Assembly (NCBI GenBank): GCA_963817745.1
Contig: CAWFPC010000006.1
Location: forward strand, 197,286-261,285
Origin: an uncultured Chloroflexia bacterium
Lineage (GTDB): Bacteria; Chloroflexota; Limnocylindria; Limnocylindrales; CSP1-4
DNA length: 64,000 bases
Direction: 5' to 3'
In this document: piece after piece, positions 9,290-19,288 of the stretch
Numbering within the stretch: position 1 is the first letter of the stretch
How the letters are laid out: each line of letters begins with the position of its first letter
Translations under genes and position numbers: made by a program
The notes under the pieces: generated by a model
Databases searched by the model: none
The model's input: only the letters and a program-made list of their open reading frames with translations
What the model was told of the DNA's origin: nothing

Positions 9290-10701
9290 GCATCTTCGGC
9301 CACCGGCGGGCGCGACGAGGCGTGACCGCATTCCGCCACCGCAACTACCGGCTGTTCTTCGGCGGGCAGCTCATCTCGCTCATCGGGACCTGGATGCAGC
9401 AGGTCGCCCAGGCCTGGCTCGTCCTCGAGGTCAGCGGCGGCGATCCGTTCTGGCTCGGCGTCGTCGCGGCGGCGCAGTTCCTGCCGGTCGTCGTGTTCGG
9501 CCTGTTCGCGGGCGTCCTCGCCGACACCCTGCCGAAGCGCCAGACGCTGATGGCCGTGCAGGTCGTGATGCTGGTCCTCGCGGTGGTGCTCGCCGTCCTC
9601 ACCGCGACCGGTGTCGTCGAGGTCTGGATGATCGTGGTCCTGGCGGTCCTGCTGGGCCTCGCCAACGCGGTCGACATGCCAGTGCGCCAGGCGTTCGCCG
9701 TCGAGATGGTCGGTACCGCCGATGTCGGCAATGCCGTGTCGCTCAACTCGGCGATGTTCAACGGCGCCCGCGTCGTGGGTCCGGCCGTAGCCGGCCTGAC
9801 GATCGGTGCGTTCGGCGTCGCGACGGCGTTCGCGATCAACGCGGCGAGCTTCCTCGCGGTCCTGATCGCGCTCGGCTTGATGCGCGATGAGGAGCTCCAT
9901 CGGCCGCGCCTCGTGCCCCGACCCCGATCGATGGGGGAGGTCCGCGCCAACCTGTTCGAGGGGCTCCGTTTCGTGCGCGACACGCCGGTCGTGCTGCTGG
10001 CGGTCGTCACCGTCGGCCTCATCGCGACCTTCGGCATGAACTTCACGGTGCTGATCCCGCCGCTCGCCGCCGAGGTGCTCCACAGCGACGCCGCCGGCTT
10101 CGGCTTCCTCATGACGGCGTCCGGGATCGGGTCCCTCGCGGCCGCGATGTACCTCGTGTTCGGCGGCCGCCCGCGTACGGTCCGCATCACCACCGGGGCC
10201 ATCCTCCTCGGCGCCGCGTCGGTCGTGCTCGCCTTCTCGAGCACGTTCGCGATCTCCATGGTGCTCATGGTGTTCGTCGGGTTCGGGGGCATCGCGATGG
10301 CTGCGACCGGGAACGTCACCATCCAGCTCGCCGTACCCGATGGCCTGCGCGGCCGGGTCATGAGCGTCTACACCACGGTCTTCTCCGCCTCGGTGCCGGT
10401 CGGCGGGATCGCGATGGGCGCCCTGGCGTCCGTCGCCGGCGTCCAGGCCGCGATCGGGGTGGGTGGCGCGCTGTCGCTCGCGACCGGGCTCGGCGCCTTC
10501 GCCTGGTATCGGCGCATCCAGGCCACCGAGGCCGCCCGGCCCGAAGCTGCGGAGGCGTCCGATCGACTCGCGACCGAGCTTGCGACCGCGACCGAGGCGA
10601 ATGCCCCGGTGCCGGCCGTCCTGCCTCAGTCCGCGGTGCCGAACACGAGTGCCGCGTTCAACCCGCCGAACCCGAACGAGGTGCTCAGCACCCGTCGGTA
10701 G
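9286..10701 (+). CDS. MFS transporter (12 TM, EntS/MFS_3-like)
   Basis: Intact 471-aa ORF with hydrophobic helices throughout; the N-terminus FRHRNYRLFFGGQLISLIGTWMQ is typical of this MFS subgroup. The 3' ~75 nt overlaps the convergent ketosynthase gene, so the true stop may lie earlier. Confidence 0.8.
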   Translation: MSIFGHRRARRGVTAFRHRNYRLFFGGQLISLIGTWMQQVAQAWLVLEVSGGDPFWLGVVAAAQFLPVVVFGLFAGVLADTLPKRQTLMAVQVVMLVLAVVLAVLTATGVVEVWMIVVLAVLLGLANAVDMPVRQAFAVEMVGTADVGNAVSLNSAMFNGARVVGPAVAGLTIGAFGVATAFAINAASFLAVLIALGLMRDEELHRPRLVPRPRSMGEVRANLFEGLRFVRDTPVVLLAVVTVGLIATFGMNFTVLIPPLAAEVLHSDAAGFGFLMTASGIGSLAAAMYLVFGGRPRTVRITTGAILLGAASVVLAFSSTFAISMVLMVFVGFGGIAMAATGNVTIQLAVPDGLRGRVMSVYTTVFSASVPVGGIAMGALASVAGVQAAIGVGGALSLATGLGAFAWYRRIQATEAARPEAAEASDRLATELATATEANAPVPAVLPQSAVPNTSAAFNPPNPNEVLSTRR

Positions 10702-11888
10702 CGCCCGTCGCGACCGGACCGCAGGAGGTTGGGGAGCAGCGCCGCCGCGTCAGGATCCGCGGTCTCGAGGTTGACCGACGGCGGGACCCAGCCATCGGCG
10801 ATGGCCAGGGCGCAGATCGCCGCCTCGATGGCTCCGGATGCGCCGAGCGGGTGCCCGTACAGCGCCTTGGTGCCACTCACCGGGACGGTCTGCGCGCGGT
10901 CGCCGAGCGCCAGCGCGATCGCCCGTGCTTCGGCCACGTCGCCGATGGGCGTCGACGACGCATGCGCGTTGACGTAGTCGATGGCGTCGGGGTCGACGGC
11001 CGCGTCGGCGAGCGCGATCGATGCGGCGCGGGCCGCCTCACGGCCGTCGGCGCGCGGCTGGACCATGTGATGCGCGTCCGACGTCGCCCCGTAGCCGAGA
11101 AGCTCGGCGTACGGCGTCGCGCCCCGTCGCGCGGCCGCCTCGGCGTCCTCGAGGACGAGCAGGGCCGCGCCCTCGCCCATGACGAACCCGTCGCGCGCCG
11201 CGTCGAAGGGCCGGGCCGCGTGCGACGCGTCGTCGTTGTGCCCCGCCGACAGCGCGCGGATGATGTCGAACGCACCGAACGCCAGCGGCGACAGCGGGAT
11301 CTCGCAGCCGCCGGCGATCGCGGCGTCCACCCGGCCCTCGCGCAGGTCGCCGAGGGCCTCGCCCAACGCGACGGCACCCGACGCGCACGAGTTGGCGGTC
11401 GACAGGATCGGGCCGCGGACGTCGAGGGCGATGCCGAGGTTCGCCGGCGCCGCGCCACCGAACACGGCGAGCGCCAGGTTCGGGGCGACCTGGCGGATGC
11501 CCTTCTCGAGGTAGCGCTCGTGCTGCGCCTCGGCGTAGGCGATGCCGCCGAGCGCCGAGCCGAGGTAGATCCCGATGCGCTCCGGGTGGGCGGCGCCGTC
11601 CGCGCCAGGGGTCAGCCGGGCGTCGTCGAGCGCCAGGCGCCCGGCGACCATCCCGAACTGGCTGAAGCGATCGAGCTGGCGCGCGGTCTTGGGCGGCATC
11701 CACGCGACCGGGTCGAAGTCGTCCACCTGCGCGGCGACCTGCGAGCGGAACGGCGATGGATCGAACCGGTCGATCCGCCGGACGGGGGACTGGCCCACCC
11801 GCAGACCGGCGCGAAAGGCCGTGACCCCGGTGCCGATCGCGGTCACGATCCCGATCCCGGTGATCCACACCCTTCGGCGGTCGCTCAT
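10626..11888 (-). CDS. Beta-ketoacyl synthase (KAS I/II, FabF-like), stand-alone
   Basis: 420 aa, intact. Active-site Cys in STANSCASG; His residues in NAHASSTP and YGHPLGASG. ATG 11888 overlaps the upstream stop (ATGA). No ACP, fabD, fabH or fabG gene is adjacent. Confidence 0.9.
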   Translation of the reverse strand: MSDRRRVWITGIGIVTAIGTGVTAFRAGLRVGQSPVRRIDRFDPSPFRSQVAAQVDDFDPVAWMPPKTARQLDRFSQFGMVAGRLALDDARLTPGADGAAHPERIGIYLGSALGGIAYAEAQHERYLEKGIRQVAPNLALAVFGGAAPANLGIALDVRGPILSTANSCASGAVALGEALGDLREGRVDAAIAGGCEIPLSPLAFGAFDIIRALSAGHNDDASHAARPFDAARDGFVMGEGAALLVLEDAEAAARRGATPYAELLGYGATSDAHHMVQPRADGREAARAASIALADAAVDPDAIDYVNAHASSTPIGDVAEARAIALALGDRAQTVPVSGTKALYGHPLGASGAIEAAICALAIADGWVPPSVNLETADPDAAALLPNLLRSGRDGRYRRVLSTSFGFGGLNAALVFGTAD

Positions 11889-12385
11889 GCCGGTGGATTC
11901 GCGTCGGGCGACGACTCGGACTCCGACGTCTCGGACTCCAACGCCTCGGCGAGGGCCTTGAACGTCGCGAGCGTCCGGCCCGCGATCGGTCGGGTGAAGA
12001 AGCGGTCGACGACGGCGGCCATGCCCGGCAGGCGCGGCGCGAAGTCGTGCGCGATCGTGACATGGCAACCGCTGCCGGCGGTCTCGATCCGCCAGGTGAC
12101 GTCCATCCCGCGCGTGGCGCCCGCGACATGGAGGAACCGCAAACGTCCCGCCTCGCGCTCGTTCCAGGTGCGCGAGCGCCAGGTCACGGGCAGGCCAAGG
12201 CCCAGCACGCCGATGAGCGGCCGGCGCGCGACGAAGTCGACCACGAGCGAGCCATCGCCACGCCGGTCGATCGCGTGCGACCGGTCGTAGTGGGGCAGGA
12301 TGGTCGCCCATCGTTCGACGTCGTGCGCGAGGGCGAAGACCAGGGACGCCCGGGCGTCGATATCGATCGCGATCTCGCTGTGCAC
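11885..12385 (-). CDS. SRPBCC-family protein (polyketide cyclase/dehydrase-like)
   Basis: GTG 12385 lies 1 nt after the upstream stop. About 166 aa: VHSEIAIDIDA..VERWATILPHY..RLRFLHVAGATRGMDVTWRIE, with a Ser/Glu-rich tail. The fold assignment is by pattern only. Confidence 0.65.
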   Translation of the reverse strand: MHSEIAIDIDARASLVFALAHDVERWATILPHYDRSHAIDRRGDGSLVVDFVARRPLIGVLGLGLPVTWRSRTWNEREAGRLRFLHVAGATRGMDVTWRIETAGSGCHVTIAHDFAPRLPGMAAVVDRFFTRPIAGRTLATFKALAEALESETSESESSPDANPPA

Positions 12386-12386
12386 G

Positions 12387-12921
12387 TCAACGCCGGGTGA
12401 TGTCGGTGCCGAGCTCGAGGGCCCGACGGGCGACCTCGCCGAGCCGCTCCCGACGCGCGGCACTCGGCGTCATCCAGCGACATCGATCGGTCGACCCATC
12501 CGCCTCGTCGCGCAGCTCGCCACCGGTGATCCGCACGCGATACAGGATGCGGATCGCGTGCATCCGCCCCTCCGCGTCGTGGAACACGCGATCCGTCACG
12601 TCGAGCAGGCTCTCGACGTCCCCATGCAGACCCGACTCCTCCTCCAGCTCACGCAGGACCCCGCTGCTTGGCGACTCACCGAACTCGATGCCGCCGCCGG
12701 GCAGTGTCCAGACGTCGCCGACCCCGACCGACGGCGCGATGTGGCAGAGGAGGATGCGGTCGGTCTCGTCACGGACGACGGCGTACGCCGCCACCCGGGT
12801 CCGGTCGCGCGTCGGACGTCGCGGCGGACGCCGGATCGTCGCGTCGTGTCGTGCCCGTCTCGTCCGTGGCGTCGGCGACGTCCGCGCCCGTCGCGTCCGC
12901 ACCGCTCGCGTCGGCGCTCAC
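12387..12921 (-). CDS. Nudix hydrolase
   Basis: Nudix box GGGIEFGESPSSGVLRELEEESGL. The conserved core starts at GTG 12794. An acidic low-complexity N-terminus (VSADASGADATGADVADATDE..) starts at GTG 12921 with a GTGA overlap on the upstream stop; it joins the core if one frame change at ~12800 is allowed. Confidence 0.8.
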
Positions 12922-14139
12922 GGGGCGAGCAGCGCGGCGAGGAACCGAGGATCGAGCCCGCGGCTGGCAGGCACCAGGTCGCCCATCACGAGGCCCATGG
13001 TCGCACGGACGTCGGGTCGCGTGGCCAGCCGCCGCGCCGCATATTCGAGCAGGGCCGGGCGGCCAAGGAACGCCTGGACCAGCCACGACACGGCGTCCTT
13101 CGTGGCGAAGCGCCGACGCATCTGCCGGTCGTAGGCTGCGAACGCCGACCGACCGGACGATCGCGCATCGAGCGCGGCCCGGATGGCCCTGGCGGCGAGG
13201 TCGCTCGACACGAGCGCCCGATGGAGGCCCTCGCCGGTGAACGGGTCGAGGAACCCCGCCGCGTCGCCGACGAGCAACCAGCCGGGGCCGGCTCGCCGGG
13301 TGACCCGGACACCGAGCGGCGCGGCGCCGGCGATCGCGTCGCACAGGCGCCCGAACCGCCATCGAGCCGGATCGTCGTCCGCCGCGGGCACCTCGGCAAC
13401 GATCGATTCGACGACGCGCGTGGCGCCATTCCCTCGCGAGGCGGGCGTGCCACGACGGCCCCAGGACGATCCCGATGTTGACCCGCCCGCCGGGCACCGG
13501 GGCGATCCCGATGTAGCCATCGTCGAGCAGCCGCATCCGTGCGTCGACCGGTGTGTCGGGCCGCGGATCCTCCAGGTGGTAGGTGAGGCCCACGCGCCGA
13601 GGCAGACGTGTCGGGCGGACCACGCCGTTGGCACGGGCCACGACCGAGCGCGCCCCGTCCGCCCCGACGACCACCCGGGCGTGGAGCGTCGCCGGGCCGT
13701 CCGGCGTCCGGAGCGAGAGCGTGTGCCCTCGGATGCCGGGCTCGACCCGCTCGACGGCGGTCCCCGGCCGCACGGTCGCGCCGGCGCTGGCTGCCAGGTC
13801 GACGAGCGCCGGATCGAGCGCCGAGCGATCGAAGCCCACGGCCATCGGGCCGCCGAGCTCGGACCCGTAGGTCAGCCGCACCACGGCCTGCCCCGGCGTC
13901 TCGAGCCGCATCGCGGGGATCGGTCGGGCGACGCGTGCGATCACGGCCGCATCGAGCCCCGCCGCCCGCAGCGCCTCGACGGCCGCGGGCGAGGTGAAGA
14001 CACCACCGGCATGCCATCGCCAGGCCGGTGCGCGTTCCAGGAGCTGGACCTCGACGCCCGCCCGCGCGAGTCGCGCGGCGAGGGTCGACCCGGCGGGTCC
14101 GGCCCCGACGATCGCCACGTCGACCCGCTCGTCGTTCAC
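12918..14139 (-). CDS. FAD-dependent oxidoreductase, geranylgeranyl-reductase-like family
   Basis: GTG 14139 overlaps the upstream stop (GTGA). Motifs: dinucleotide fold VAIVGAGPAGS and GDAAGFLDPFTGEG. Frame change at ~13440. Confidence 0.85.
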
Positions 14140-14879
14140 GTGACCCGCGCCGCGAGCGCCCAGCGATGTCCGAACGGCCCACGGATCCGCCCGACGACGT
14201 CCAGCCCGGCCCGCTCGAGCAGGACGGCGAGCTCGTCCGGCGTGTACGCACGTCGAACGGACAGCGGTCCGTCGTGCCGCGTGTAGCGGTTCGTCGTCGC
14301 GAGGTGCGCCAGCAGCCACGCCCCGAGGTACGCCCACCGTCCACGCGTCAGGTCGTTGACGATGACCCCGCGCCGGGCCACGCGGCCCATCTCGCGCAGC
14401 AACGTCACCGCGTCGTCGGGCTCGAGATGGTGGATGACCATCGAGGCATGGGCGAGGTCGAAGGTGTCGTCCGCGAACGGGAGCGACCGGCCGTCGCCGA
14501 CGTGGAGCTCGAGGTCGTCGGTCGCGGTCAGGGCCGGATCGACCGTGGCGGCCGCGGCCAGGATCTCGGGCCGGCTGTCGAGCCCGACCACCCGGAGCGC
14601 TCGACCGTCCCGACGCGCGCGGGCGATGAGCGCGAGCGGGATGTCGGCCGCACCGGTGCCGACATCGAGCATCGACGGGGTCGGGCGCGCGCCCGCGGCG
14701 TCGTCGGTCGCTCCGGTAGCGGCGCGGAGCTCGTCCAGTCGGTCGATCGCCCGCCGCGACACCTCGATCCCGCCCAGCCAGCGGTTGACCCGTCGCAGGT
14801 CGCGCAGGTTGCCGGCGAGGACGCGGGGGTCGTCGAGCGGGCCGTCGAGGAACTCCTCGACACCGGACAGGCGGTCCAT
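14136..14879 (-). CDS. Class I SAM-dependent methyltransferase
   Basis: ATG 14879; 247 aa, intact. SAM motif I is LDVGTGAADI, followed by VVGLD and ..MVIHHLE. Confidence 0.85.
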   Translation of the reverse strand: MDRLSGVEEFLDGPLDDPRVLAGNLRDLRRVNRWLGGIEVSRRAIDRLDELRAATGATDDAAGARPTPSMLDVGTGAADIPLALIARARRDGRALRVVGLDSRPEILAAAATVDPALTATDDLELHVGDGRSLPFADDTFDLAHASMVIHHLEPDDAVTLLREMGRVARRGVIVNDLTRGRWAYLGAWLLAHLATTNRYTRHDGPLSVRRAYTPDELAVLLERAGLDVVGRIRGPFGHRWALAARVT

Positions 14880-14948
14880 CGTGGGCAGGCTACCGCAGGA
14901 CCACCGGGTCCCTCGCGCCGCGGTCCGATCGTCGGCTACCCTCTGGAC

Positions 14949-15918
14949 ATGTCCGTGACCCGTCGCCGAACCCTGCTCCCGATCTCGCTCGTCGTCGCGG
15001 TCATGCTCGTCATGAGCATGGTCGGCCAGGCCGCGGCCCTGTCGACGAACTACCCGCACACCAGCATCGGCAACCGCGGCGTCAACGTGAAGACCCTGCA
15101 GCACCTGCTCCGCCACCACGGCGCCACGATCCCGGTCGACGGCGTCTTCGCGGCGACGACGCGCGATGCCGTCAAGGCGTTCCAGGCCGCCAAGGGCCTC
15201 GTGGTCGATGGGCGGGTGGGCACGCCGACGTGGCAGGCGCTCCGTCCCGGGCTGGCACCCGGTGCGACCGGCGAGGCGGTCAAGGGCCTGCAGCGGCAGC
15301 TCAACGAGAAGCGCAAGGCCGGCCTCGACGGTGAACGGCGTCTTCGACGACGCGACCGAGGCCGCGGTGCGCGCGTTCCAGCGGCATGCCGGACTCGAAC
15401 GGACCGGGACGGCCAACGCCGCGACCTGGCGGGTGCTGCTGGCCCATCTCGAGCTGCCGGTGTGGGGCAAGACCCTGTGCGACTACAGCGTCGGGAACGG
15501 AACGGCGAACTGGGGGACGGCATCCACGATCGGCCAGCTGCAGGCGGCGGCGCACGTCGTCGTCGACAAGGGCTTCGGCCGGATCGTGCTGGGTGACATC
15601 GGCTACCAGCACGGCGGCGAGATCGAGGGCCACCAGAGCCACGAACAGGGCATGGACGTCGACATCCGGCCGATGCGCAAGGCCAACGACCAGTGCCGCT
15701 GGGGGGTCAACTGGCGCTGGTCGACGTACGACCGCGCAGCGACCCGGGCCCTCGTGAAGGCGATCCGGGCGACCGCCCCGGGCCACGTCAAGCTCATCTA
15801 CTTCAACGACCCGGTCCTCGTGCGCGAGGGGCTCGTGCGCTGGTACACCGGGCACGACGACCACCTGCACATCCGCTACTGCGAACGGGTCCACCCGGTC
15901 AGCGCCTACGACTGCTGA
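14949..15918 (+). CDS. Secreted peptidoglycan-binding LAS-type zinc peptidase (MepA / peptidase M74-like)
   Basis: Signal/TM segment LLPISLVVAVMLVMSMVGQAAA. Two PG_binding_1-like repeats: VDGVFAATTRDAVKAFQ and VNGVFDDATEAAVRAFQ. Zn-ligand motifs: HQSHEQGMDVDI and GHDDHLHIRY. Frame change at ~15325. Confidence 0.8.
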
Positions 15919-15935
15919 GGCCCGCGGCCGGCGCG

Positions 15936-16976
15936 CTACGGCAGCGTGAGCATCTCCACGGTGGCCGAGACGGTCAGCCCGGGCACCGGGCCGCCGAGCA
16001 GCACGTAGGCGACCCCGTCGACCACCACCGCCCCCAGTCCGTGCCGCGGGAAGGCGAGTGACGGCAGGGCGGTCGTGGTGCCGTCCGCGGCGATGCACTC
16101 GACCTGCGGGTTCGTGCCGTCCGGCGACTCCCCGCCGACCAGGCACGGCCCGACGGACGGCCAGTGGAACGCGGCGACGCCGCCGCGCCGGGTCGGCACG
16201 TCGCCGACCGTCGTGACCGTGTCGCCCTCCACGAGATCGACCCGGCCGAGGTTCCCCTCGAGGCCACCGCGCCGACCACCGAGGAACCAGGTCCGTCCCG
16301 CCCCATCGCTGGCCGCGGCCAGGTGCTCCCGGGCCTCGGACAGGCGGGCCACGGGCTCGAAGCCGGCGGCCCCGCCGACGAAGACGAGCTCGGAGACGAG
16401 TCCCGGGCCGACGCCGCCGGCGTAGACGATGCGTGCCCCATCCCACGCCGCCGCCCCGGCCGACCGCGGCTCCGGCAGCGGTGCCGCCGTGGTCCACGTC
16501 GCGTCCGCCGATCCCGGGGTCAGCGTGCGCACCGCATCGGTCGGGCGGTCGAAGCTGTCGCCGACGTAGCCACCGAGCAACCAGAGTGCCTGTCCGTCGC
16601 TGACCAGGGCCGAGTGGTGGATGGTCTCCGGCAGGGTCGGACCGTCGGACCAGGCACCGGTCGCCGGATCGAGGACGAAGACCCGGTCGGTCGCGCGTCC
16701 ATCCGCGGTGAGGCCGCCGGCGATCCAGATCCGACCGCCGTGGACGGCCGCCGCGATCTCGGTCAGGGCGAGCGGCGCCTCGGGTCCGAGGCTCCAGGCC
16801 GTCGATACGGGCGCACCCGAACCTGACCCGCCGGGACTGCCGCTGCCGCCCGATCCGGCCCCGCCGCTCGGGGTCGCGCTGGTCGCGCCGGTCGTGGGGA
16901 TGGCCCCGCCGGGCGCCGGGACGTCGGTCCCCGCCGCCGGTGAGCCGTTCGCCTCGGCGCAGCCGCCGCCGAGCAC
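15936..16976 (-). CDS. Kelch-repeat beta-propeller protein, probable lipoprotein
   Basis: Repeated GG..W..(L)P..R blades: RIWIAGGL, ALWLLGGY, RIVYAGGV, TWFLGGR, VAYVLLGG. In-frame upstream codons read RRGHASAPGVLAALALAASVLGGGC, a lipobox-like Cys, but I find no clean start for that extension. A Gly/Ser-rich linker follows the Cys. Confidence 0.75.
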   Translation of the reverse strand: MLGGGCAEANGSPAAGTDVPAPGGAIPTTGATSATPSGGAGSGGSGSPGGSGSGAPVSTAWSLGPEAPLALTEIAAAVHGGRIWIAGGLTADGRATDRVFVLDPATGAWSDGPTLPETIHHSALVSDGQALWLLGGYVGDSFDRPTDAVRTLTPGSADATWTTAAPLPEPRSAGAAAWDGARIVYAGGVGPGLVSELVFVGGAAGFEPVARLSEAREHLAAASDGAGRTWFLGGRRGGLEGNLGRVDLVEGDTVTTVGDVPTRRGGVAAFHWPSVGPCLVGGESPDGTNPQVECIAADGTTTALPSLAFPRHGLGAVVVDGVAYVLLGGPVPGLTVSATVEMLTLP

Positions 16977-17074
16977 GGACGCCGCCAGGGCGAGCGCAGC
17001 GAGGACCCCGGGTGCGGACGCGTGGCCTCGACGGCCCGGACGCGTCGCGCCGACCGGGCACGTCGCGACGCTCG

Positions 17075-17624
17075 CTAGCGTTCGCCGTTGGAGGCGACGC
17101 TGACCAGCGCATCCAGCGGGTCACCTGACGCGGTCGCCGGCACTGGTGCCTCGCGCTTCTCGGACTCGACCTTGACCGAATCGATGCCCAGGCCGCCGAA
17201 CAGGGCGAACCCTTCGACCACGATGAGCGGTGCATCCGGACGCCGCTCGACGGCCGGACGGGCATCACCGGCGCCGCCCGCGATCGCGATCATCCGCACG
17301 TCGACGACCCAGTCGTCGGGGACGATGAGCCGACCGCCACCGAAGATCGCCCGGACCGTCAGGTCGGCGCCGCCCGGGTCGAGCTTCGCGTTCCGCAGAT
17401 CGAGATCCACGCCGCCGAACCAGGCCAGGATCGACCCGCCGCGGAACGACTGGGCCGTGCTCTCGAGCCTGGCCGAATTCGAAGATCGCGGCGATCTGGA
17501 TCTCGTCGCTGTCCGTCGTCCCGGCCGAGACGATCTGGCGTTTCGCGACGAGCGCCGCGATCGCGGCGACCACCGTCGTGGCGATGAAGCCGCCGATGAT
17601 GAGGCGCATGACTCGACCGATCAT
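17075..17624 (-). CDS. LiaF-like cell-wall-stress protein (DUF2154-type C-terminal domain)
   Basis: N-terminal TM helix MIGRVMRLIIGGFIATTVVAAIAALV. C-terminal segment: WFGGVDLDLRNAKL..IFGGGRLIVPDDW..FALFGGLGI. Frame change at ~17460-17470. Confidence 0.65.
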
Positions 17625-17752
17625 GGCGGTCCCTCCCAGCACGCTGCGGACTCCGGGGCGGTCCGTGGACGGTCGATGCTACACCGCCGTCGGCGATGCG
17701 ACCCGCGGACGACCCAGGTCCGAGCGTGGCCTGCCGAGGTCCGAGTGCCATA

Positions 17753-19288
17753 ATGGCCGCCATGGCCACCCGCACTCCCGACACGCGCGTCGCGACAGCC
17801 CCCGTGCAGAGCCCCAACAGCTGGGGTCTCGGTGACGGCCAGGCGATCCCGTGGGAGTACGCGCCCGCGCCGGAGGCGCGTGACATCGTCACGCTCAAGG
17901 AGCGCTACGGCCTGTTCATCGGTGGGCGCGAGGTGCCGGCCTCCGACGGCCGGACGTTCACCTCGGTCGACCCGTCGACGGAGCTGCCCCTCGCGGAGAT
18001 CGCCCGCGCGACCCCGGTCGACATCGACAAGGCGGTCCGTGCCGCGCGGCGCGCGTATCGCACGAGCTGGGGCCAGCTGTCGGGCAAGGAACGCGCCAAG
18101 TACCTGTTCCGGATCAGCCGCATCCTCCAGGAACGGAGTCGCGAGTTCGCGGTCCTCGAATCGATGGATTCGGGCAAGCCCATCAAGGAGAGCCGCGACG
18201 TCGACGTGCCGCTCGCGGCGAGCCATTTCTGGTACTACGCCGGCTGGGCGGACAAGCTCGACTACGCGTTCCCGGGGCGCGTCGCCCGGCCACTCGGCGT
18301 GGCGGCGCAGATCATCCCGTGGAACTTCCCGCTGCTCATGCTGGCCTGGAAGATCGCCCCGGCGCTGGCGGCCGGCAACACGATCGTGCTCAAACCCGCC
18401 TCGACGACGCCGCTCTCGGCGCTGCTGTTCGCCGACGTCTGCGTCCAGGCCGACCTCCCGCCGGGCACCGTCAACATCGTGCCCGGTCCGGGCGAGGTCG
18501 GGATGTCGCTCGTCACCCACAGCGGGGTCGACAAGGTCGCGTTCACCGGCTCGACGGATATCGGTCGGAAGATCTTCCGCGGCGTGGCCGGCACCGACAA
18601 GGCGCTGACCCTGGAGCTCGGCGGGAAGGCCGCGAACATCGTGTTCGACGACGCGCCGCTCGACCAGGCGATCGAGGGGATCGTCAACGGCATCTACTTC
18701 AACCAGGGCGAGGTGTGCTGCGCCGGGTCGCGGCTGCTCGTCCAGGAATCGATCGCCGAGACGCTCATCGACAAGCTCAAGGACCGCCTCTCGACGATCC
18801 GCGTCGGCGACCCGCTCGACAAGAACACCGACGTCGGGGCGATCAACTCGAAGAACCAGCTCGAGAAGATCACCGAGCTCGTGGCCTCGGGCGTCGCCGA
18901 GGGCGCCGAGCTGTACCAGCCGGCCTGCGACCTGCCGGACCGCGGGTATTTCTTCCGGCCGACGCTGTTCACGAACGTCGCCCAGTCGCATCGCATCGCG
19001 CGCGAGGAGATCTTCGGGCCGGTGCTCTCGGTGCTCACGTTCCGGACGCCCGACGAGGCGATCGAGAAGGCCAACAACACGCCGTACGGCCTGTCCGCGG
19101 GCGTGTGGACGGACAAGGGCAGCCGGATCCTCGAGATGGTGTCGCGCCTCAAGGCCGGCGTCGTGTGGGCCAACACGTTCAACCGCTTCGACCCGACGTC
19201 GCCGTTCGGCGGGTACAAGGAATCGGGCTTCGGGCGCGAGGGCGGCATGCACGGCCTGCACGCCTATGTCCGCCTGGAGGACCGCTGA
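17753..19288 (+). CDS. NAD(P)-dependent aldehyde dehydrogenase
   Basis: Intact. Motifs: PWNFPL, ELGGKA, catalytic Cys in FNQGEVCCAGSR, EEIFGPV. The start is 17753 or 17762; CATAAT ends 7 nt before 17762, which would suit a leaderless mRNA. Confidence 0.9.
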   Translation: MAAMATRTPDTRVATAPVQSPNSWGLGDGQAIPWEYAPAPEARDIVTLKERYGLFIGGREVPASDGRTFTSVDPSTELPLAEIARATPVDIDKAVRAARRAYRTSWGQLSGKERAKYLFRISRILQERSREFAVLESMDSGKPIKESRDVDVPLAASHFWYYAGWADKLDYAFPGRVARPLGVAAQIIPWNFPLLMLAWKIAPALAAGNTIVLKPASTTPLSALLFADVCVQADLPPGTVNIVPGPGEVGMSLVTHSGVDKVAFTGSTDIGRKIFRGVAGTDKALTLELGGKAANIVFDDAPLDQAIEGIVNGIYFNQGEVCCAGSRLLVQESIAETLIDKLKDRLSTIRVGDPLDKNTDVGAINSKNQLEKITELVASGVAEGAELYQPACDLPDRGYFFRPTLFTNVAQSHRIAREEIFGPVLSVLTFRTPDEAIEKANNTPYGLSAGVWTDKGSRILEMVSRLKAGVVWANTFNRFDPTSPFGGYKESGFGREGGMHGLHAYVRLEDR

